Below are positions 61,059-64,000 of a stretch of 64,000 nucleotides of DNA, piece by piece (the stretch's first letter is position 1; each line of letters begins with the position of its first letter). Origin of the DNA: an uncultured Puniceicoccaceae bacterium (lineage in GTDB: Bacteria; Verrucomicrobiota; Verrucomicrobiia; Opitutales; Oceanipulchritudinaceae). The stretch spans positions 352,001-416,000 of the forward strand of contig CAWVVV010000002.1 in assembly GCA_963933835.1 (NCBI GenBank), given 5' to 3'. The notes beneath the pieces were generated by a model. That model saw nothing but the letters and a program-made list of their open reading frames with translations, made no database searches and had not been told where the DNA came from. The position numbers and the translations under genes were made by a program.

Positions 61059-63428
61059 TCAATTGGCCTCCGAAAGCCAGTCTGCGAACGCCTGCGTGGT
61101 TCGGATGATGTGTGGGTCTGCCCATTCGGCAGGGAAAAGTGTTTGATAACTTTTTTGGGCGAATCGGTTTCCGTGGAGGAGGATGTCTGCGGAATGGCCC
61201 GGGGCGCGCACGAGTCGACCAATCGCTTGCTGAATCCGCTGCATGCCCGGCACTTGGTAGACGGCACGGAAGGCATCGGGGTGGCCGCTTTCGCTGAGTG
61301 CAGTGCGTCGGGCTTCCTCGACGCTATTGACCTCCGGCAGTGCGGGGCCGACGACCATTGCGCGGGTCACTCGCCCGCCAAGGGAGTCGACCCCCTCTGC
61401 AAAGCTACTCCCGAGAACTAGAAAGAGGGCGTGGGCGGTTAGGAGGGACTGTTCGATGAACTCGTTTTGTTGCCTGAGATCGAGTCCGCGGGGTTGCATC
61501 GCGACTTTGGTCCATGCGCTTTGCCATTCGATCTGTCGGGCGACCTCCTCGGCGTAGCGATAGGAAGAGAAGAAAACCGCAATGGGCTGGGGCTGGCCTT
61601 GGCAGAGGTCGATGACGGTCTCGGCCGTCGTTGGGACTGATTGCGCACGCGCACGGAAGCGGGTATCGACCCGCGCATCGACCGCGACGCGATAGGCGCC
61701 TGCTCGCCATGGGGTCTCGGCTTCGAGGGAACAAACGTGCCCGATGCTTTGTTCGCTCCCCGGGGCCGGGAGTCCGATCATACGGCTGATTTCAGGGTAG
61801 GGCTGGAGCGTGGCAGACATCAGGATAGAGTGGCCGAAACGCTCGATGACGGGCCCGACTTCAGCGGCGGCATCAAGGCAGGTCAGTGACCATTGGCCAT
61901 TTCTCGGGCTCCATGAGAGGAAGGGTAGAAGCGTATTTTCAAGCGATTGGAGGGCTGCAGGGAGACTCCACAGTTGATCAATAAGGAGGGGTGGGACCTG
62001 TTCCCAAGCAATCCGGCCAGTCTGAATATGTTTTGAGCAGCGGCCCAGAAGCAACTGAGCTTCAATGGCTTGCGCTTCCGTTAAGGCATCGCAATGGCTT
62101 AGATGGTCGAGGGAATCAGCCCATTCACGAAGGTCGCGGAGAAACTTCTTATCGATGTCTCCGGCTGCGAGTTCGGTCGCGAAGAGGTGCCAGTTACTAG
62201 CGGAAAAAGAGTGTGACCAGCCGCTAGCGGAACGGCTTGGGAGGTTGTGCGCCTCATCGACGATGAGCAGCGTTTCGGCGGGGTTGAAGCCGATCGCGTC
62301 TTCGAAGACCGAGGATGCGCTGGGCGAGAAGAGATAATTGTAATCTCCGATCCAGATGTCAGCGAGCGGGAGGAGTGCTTTCGCGATCGCGTAGGGGTCG
62401 ACGTTCAAGCGTTCACCGGTGGCGAGGAGTCTCTCTGGCGTGACCGTGGCCTCTTCGAAGAGATCTTCTAGGCGGAGGCCAGCTGCGTTCCAGCTTTGCT
62501 GCATGTCGCGGCGTGAGATGAGCCGAGTCTGGTCGTCGGGCAGGGACAGCTCGCTGCGATTGCGCATTTGCAGGTAGCGCAGTTCAGTTTCCGATCCCAG
62601 CATGCGTTGGAGCTGACTTGTGACGGGAGTTTGACCGGAGCTTTTACCAGTGAGGAAGACGATTCTTGAGACAAGGCCAGAGCGTAAAGCGTCGATCCCA
62701 TGGGCGAGCGCAATGCCAGTTTTGCCGAATCCTGTCGGGGCTTCAAAGAGGACGGTGCGGGCCTTCTCGCTGACCTGACGGAGCAGGTCCGGAACGTCGG
62801 CTTGTCCGCTGCGCCATTCCACAAAGGGTGCGACGGGGGGCATCTCACCGAGTGCCTTTTGGGTCGATTGGCGCAGTTGGACGAATCGACTGAGCTTCAG
62901 TGTTTGCTCCAGAATCCGCCAGCTAGCCTCGCCCTCATCGAGCGCAACTTCTTGGATGAAGCCTTCGTCCATATCGACAAATACGAGGGTGCCGTAGAGG
63001 GGGCGGTCGTTCCAGGCTGGATGCTTGCGAAGAAGTTCGAGGTAGATCGAAAGCTGAGCGAAATAGGTCGGATAAGCATCGCGCAGCTCGTCCGGATCGA
63101 CCGGGAGGGTGCGGCGAACCGTTTTTATTTCTCGCAACTGTCGTTTTTCCGGCTGCGTCCAGACCTCATCAATGCGCCCTCGCAGCAGGGCGGTCCAGCC
63201 ATCGAGAGACCACCGGGCGCTGATCGAGACTTCACACTGTCTCGAGATTTCGGATTCCGTGGGCGCGGCTGTAATCGGAGCGTTTTGAAGCTGATCGTGC
63301 CACTGCCGGCCTACCTCCATGCGCCACTGGCTTCGGCTTCCTGAATCATTGAAACTAGGTGCGAGATCAAAGCGGGCGAATTCGCCAACGCTCAGCTTAA
63401 CTTGCTTTGTCTCGAAAACGATCTGCAC
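61059..63428 (-). CDS. DinG/XPD-family helicase with N-terminal RecB-like nuclease domain
   Basis: GRIDE...EIKT...QLSIY; APTGFGKT, DYNYLF, DEAHNL, SATL, QAIGRLVR. Confidence 0.9.
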   Translation of the reverse strand: MQIVFETKQVKLSVGEFARFDLAPSFNDSGSRSQWRMEVGRQWHDQLQNAPITAAPTESEISRQCEVSISARWSLDGWTALLRGRIDEVWTQPEKRQLREIKTVRRTLPVDPDELRDAYPTYFAQLSIYLELLRKHPAWNDRPLYGTLVFVDMDEGFIQEVALDEGEASWRILEQTLKLSRFVQLRQSTQKALGEMPPVAPFVEWRSGQADVPDLLRQVSEKARTVLFEAPTGFGKTGIALAHGIDALRSGLVSRIVFLTGKSSGQTPVTSQLQRMLGSETELRYLQMRNRSELSLPDDQTRLISRRDMQQSWNAAGLRLEDLFEEATVTPERLLATGERLNVDPYAIAKALLPLADIWIGDYNYLFSPSASSVFEDAIGFNPAETLLIVDEAHNLPSRSASGWSHSFSASNWHLFATELAAGDIDKKFLRDLREWADSLDHLSHCDALTEAQAIEAQLLLGRCSKHIQTGRIAWEQVPPLLIDQLWSLPAALQSLENTLLPFLSWSPRNGQWSLTCLDAAAEVGPVIERFGHSILMSATLQPYPEISRMIGLPAPGSEQSIGHVCSLEAETPWRAGAYRVAVDARVDTRFRARAQSVPTTAETVIDLCQGQPQPIAVFFSSYRYAEEVARQIEWQSAWTKVAMQPRGLDLRQQNEFIEQSLLTAHALFLVLGSSFAEGVDSLGGRVTRAMVVGPALPEVNSVEEARRTALSESGHPDAFRAVYQVPGMQRIQQAIGRLVRAPGHSADILLHGNRFAQKSYQTLFPAEWADPHIIRTTQAFADWLSEAN

Positions 63429-63506
63429 ACACGCACTGTGTCGATGCGTTTTCTATCTTGGCAACTCTGACTCGGGATTGCGGCAACAGTGCTCGCAGAA
63501 AAAGCT

Positions 63507-64000
63507 CTACCGTAGCCAAAATTCTTTGATGTGAGGCGGGTCGAAAGTGGGTTCACGATCAACCTTGTTTGCGATATTTTCGTCGAATCGCAGGGAGCGA
63601 AATTTCTGTCCGTCGATGTAGAAATCAAAACCGGACTCGATGATGCCGCCCTCGATTCGGCTGATGCCTACGGGCACTGCGAGAATGCTCTGGAGAGTTC
63701 CGGCGAAGCGAAACGGCATCTCGATGGCGAGAATCAGACCCGATTCGAGATCGAAAATGTAGGTCATCTGGATCGAATCGTTGGATTCGATCTCAACCCA
63801 AGCTGCACTTCGATTCCTAATGGTGCGGTCATCTATGTAGGCAGTTTCCCATTCACCACTGAGGGCTTGGCGGAGTGGGAAGGCGATGTCCGTGACCATC
63901 CATCCTACGCTTAGAAATTGAGCTTTGGAGTCACCCGTGAGAGTGGCTGGGCGCTTGGTTTGTGGCGCGACAGCTTGCGACCAAGTGATCTCACCGTTGT
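63507..64000 (-). CDS. 3' part of an exported-type protein resembling the 33085-33828 product; truncated by window edge
   Basis: Frame open to window end (NGEITWSQ...); ends IEGGII...SLRFDENIANKVDREPTFDPP, parallel to IDGIKL...[21 protein letters not shown]. Confidence 0.6.
   Translation of the reverse strand, partial: NGEITWSQAVAPQTKRPATLTGDSKAQFLSVGWMVTDIAFPLRQALSGEWETAYIDDRTIRNRSAAWVEIESNDSIQMTYIFDLESGLILAIEMPFRFAGTLQSILAVPVGISRIEGGIIESGFDFYIDGQKFRSLRFDENIANKVDREPTFDPPHIKEFWLR

Noticed and set aside
63000..63428. Cas4-like nuclease plus DinG as a type IV CRISPR or defence system
   Set aside because: No array, cas genes or defence-type neighbours; the context is housekeeping.

Overview
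Core-genome window from a bacterium whose gene arrangements (lpxC-fabZ fusion, rplC-led S10 operon without rpsJ, TIGR03790-like gene, two lpxA) point to Verrucomicrobiota, probably Opitutae; this assignment is inferred. About 15.8-31.1 kb is the S10-spc-alpha ribosomal supercluster (rplC to rplQ with secY, map, rpoA; rpsJ, rpmD, adk, infA and rpmJ are absent here). The flanks carry a metal-homeostasis locus (0-3.6 kb), argS, a divergent thymidine-phosphorylase homolog, efp, lipid A genes, trkAH, guaA, his genes, gltA, coaB, a histidine kinase, a membrane pyrophosphatase, pdxA, infC, a crcB pair, clpP, nadE, PPi-type pfk and a DinG/XPD helicase. No rRNA, tRNA or CRISPR array was recognised. Best leads: (1) a Cys/His-rich secreted leader ORF ending PPPRS, with a 24-bp tandem repeat in its signal peptide, ahead of an HMA protein and outer-membrane barrel (candidate metal-sensing arrest peptide); (2) a Trp-rich C-terminal module (VDTGSWLGW...GxWxY) on two adjacent ORFs (candidate sorting/anchoring domain); (3) a secreted non-ribosomal protein inserted between rpsS and rplV; (4) a phosphorylase homolog whose phosphate loop is replaced by an acidic segment; (5) an IS1016-like left-end scar breaking a TonB receptor; (6) repeated TTG-type -35 boxes only 35-43 nt upstream of start codons, suggesting near-leaderless mRNAs. 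All family calls are from motif recognition, not database searches.
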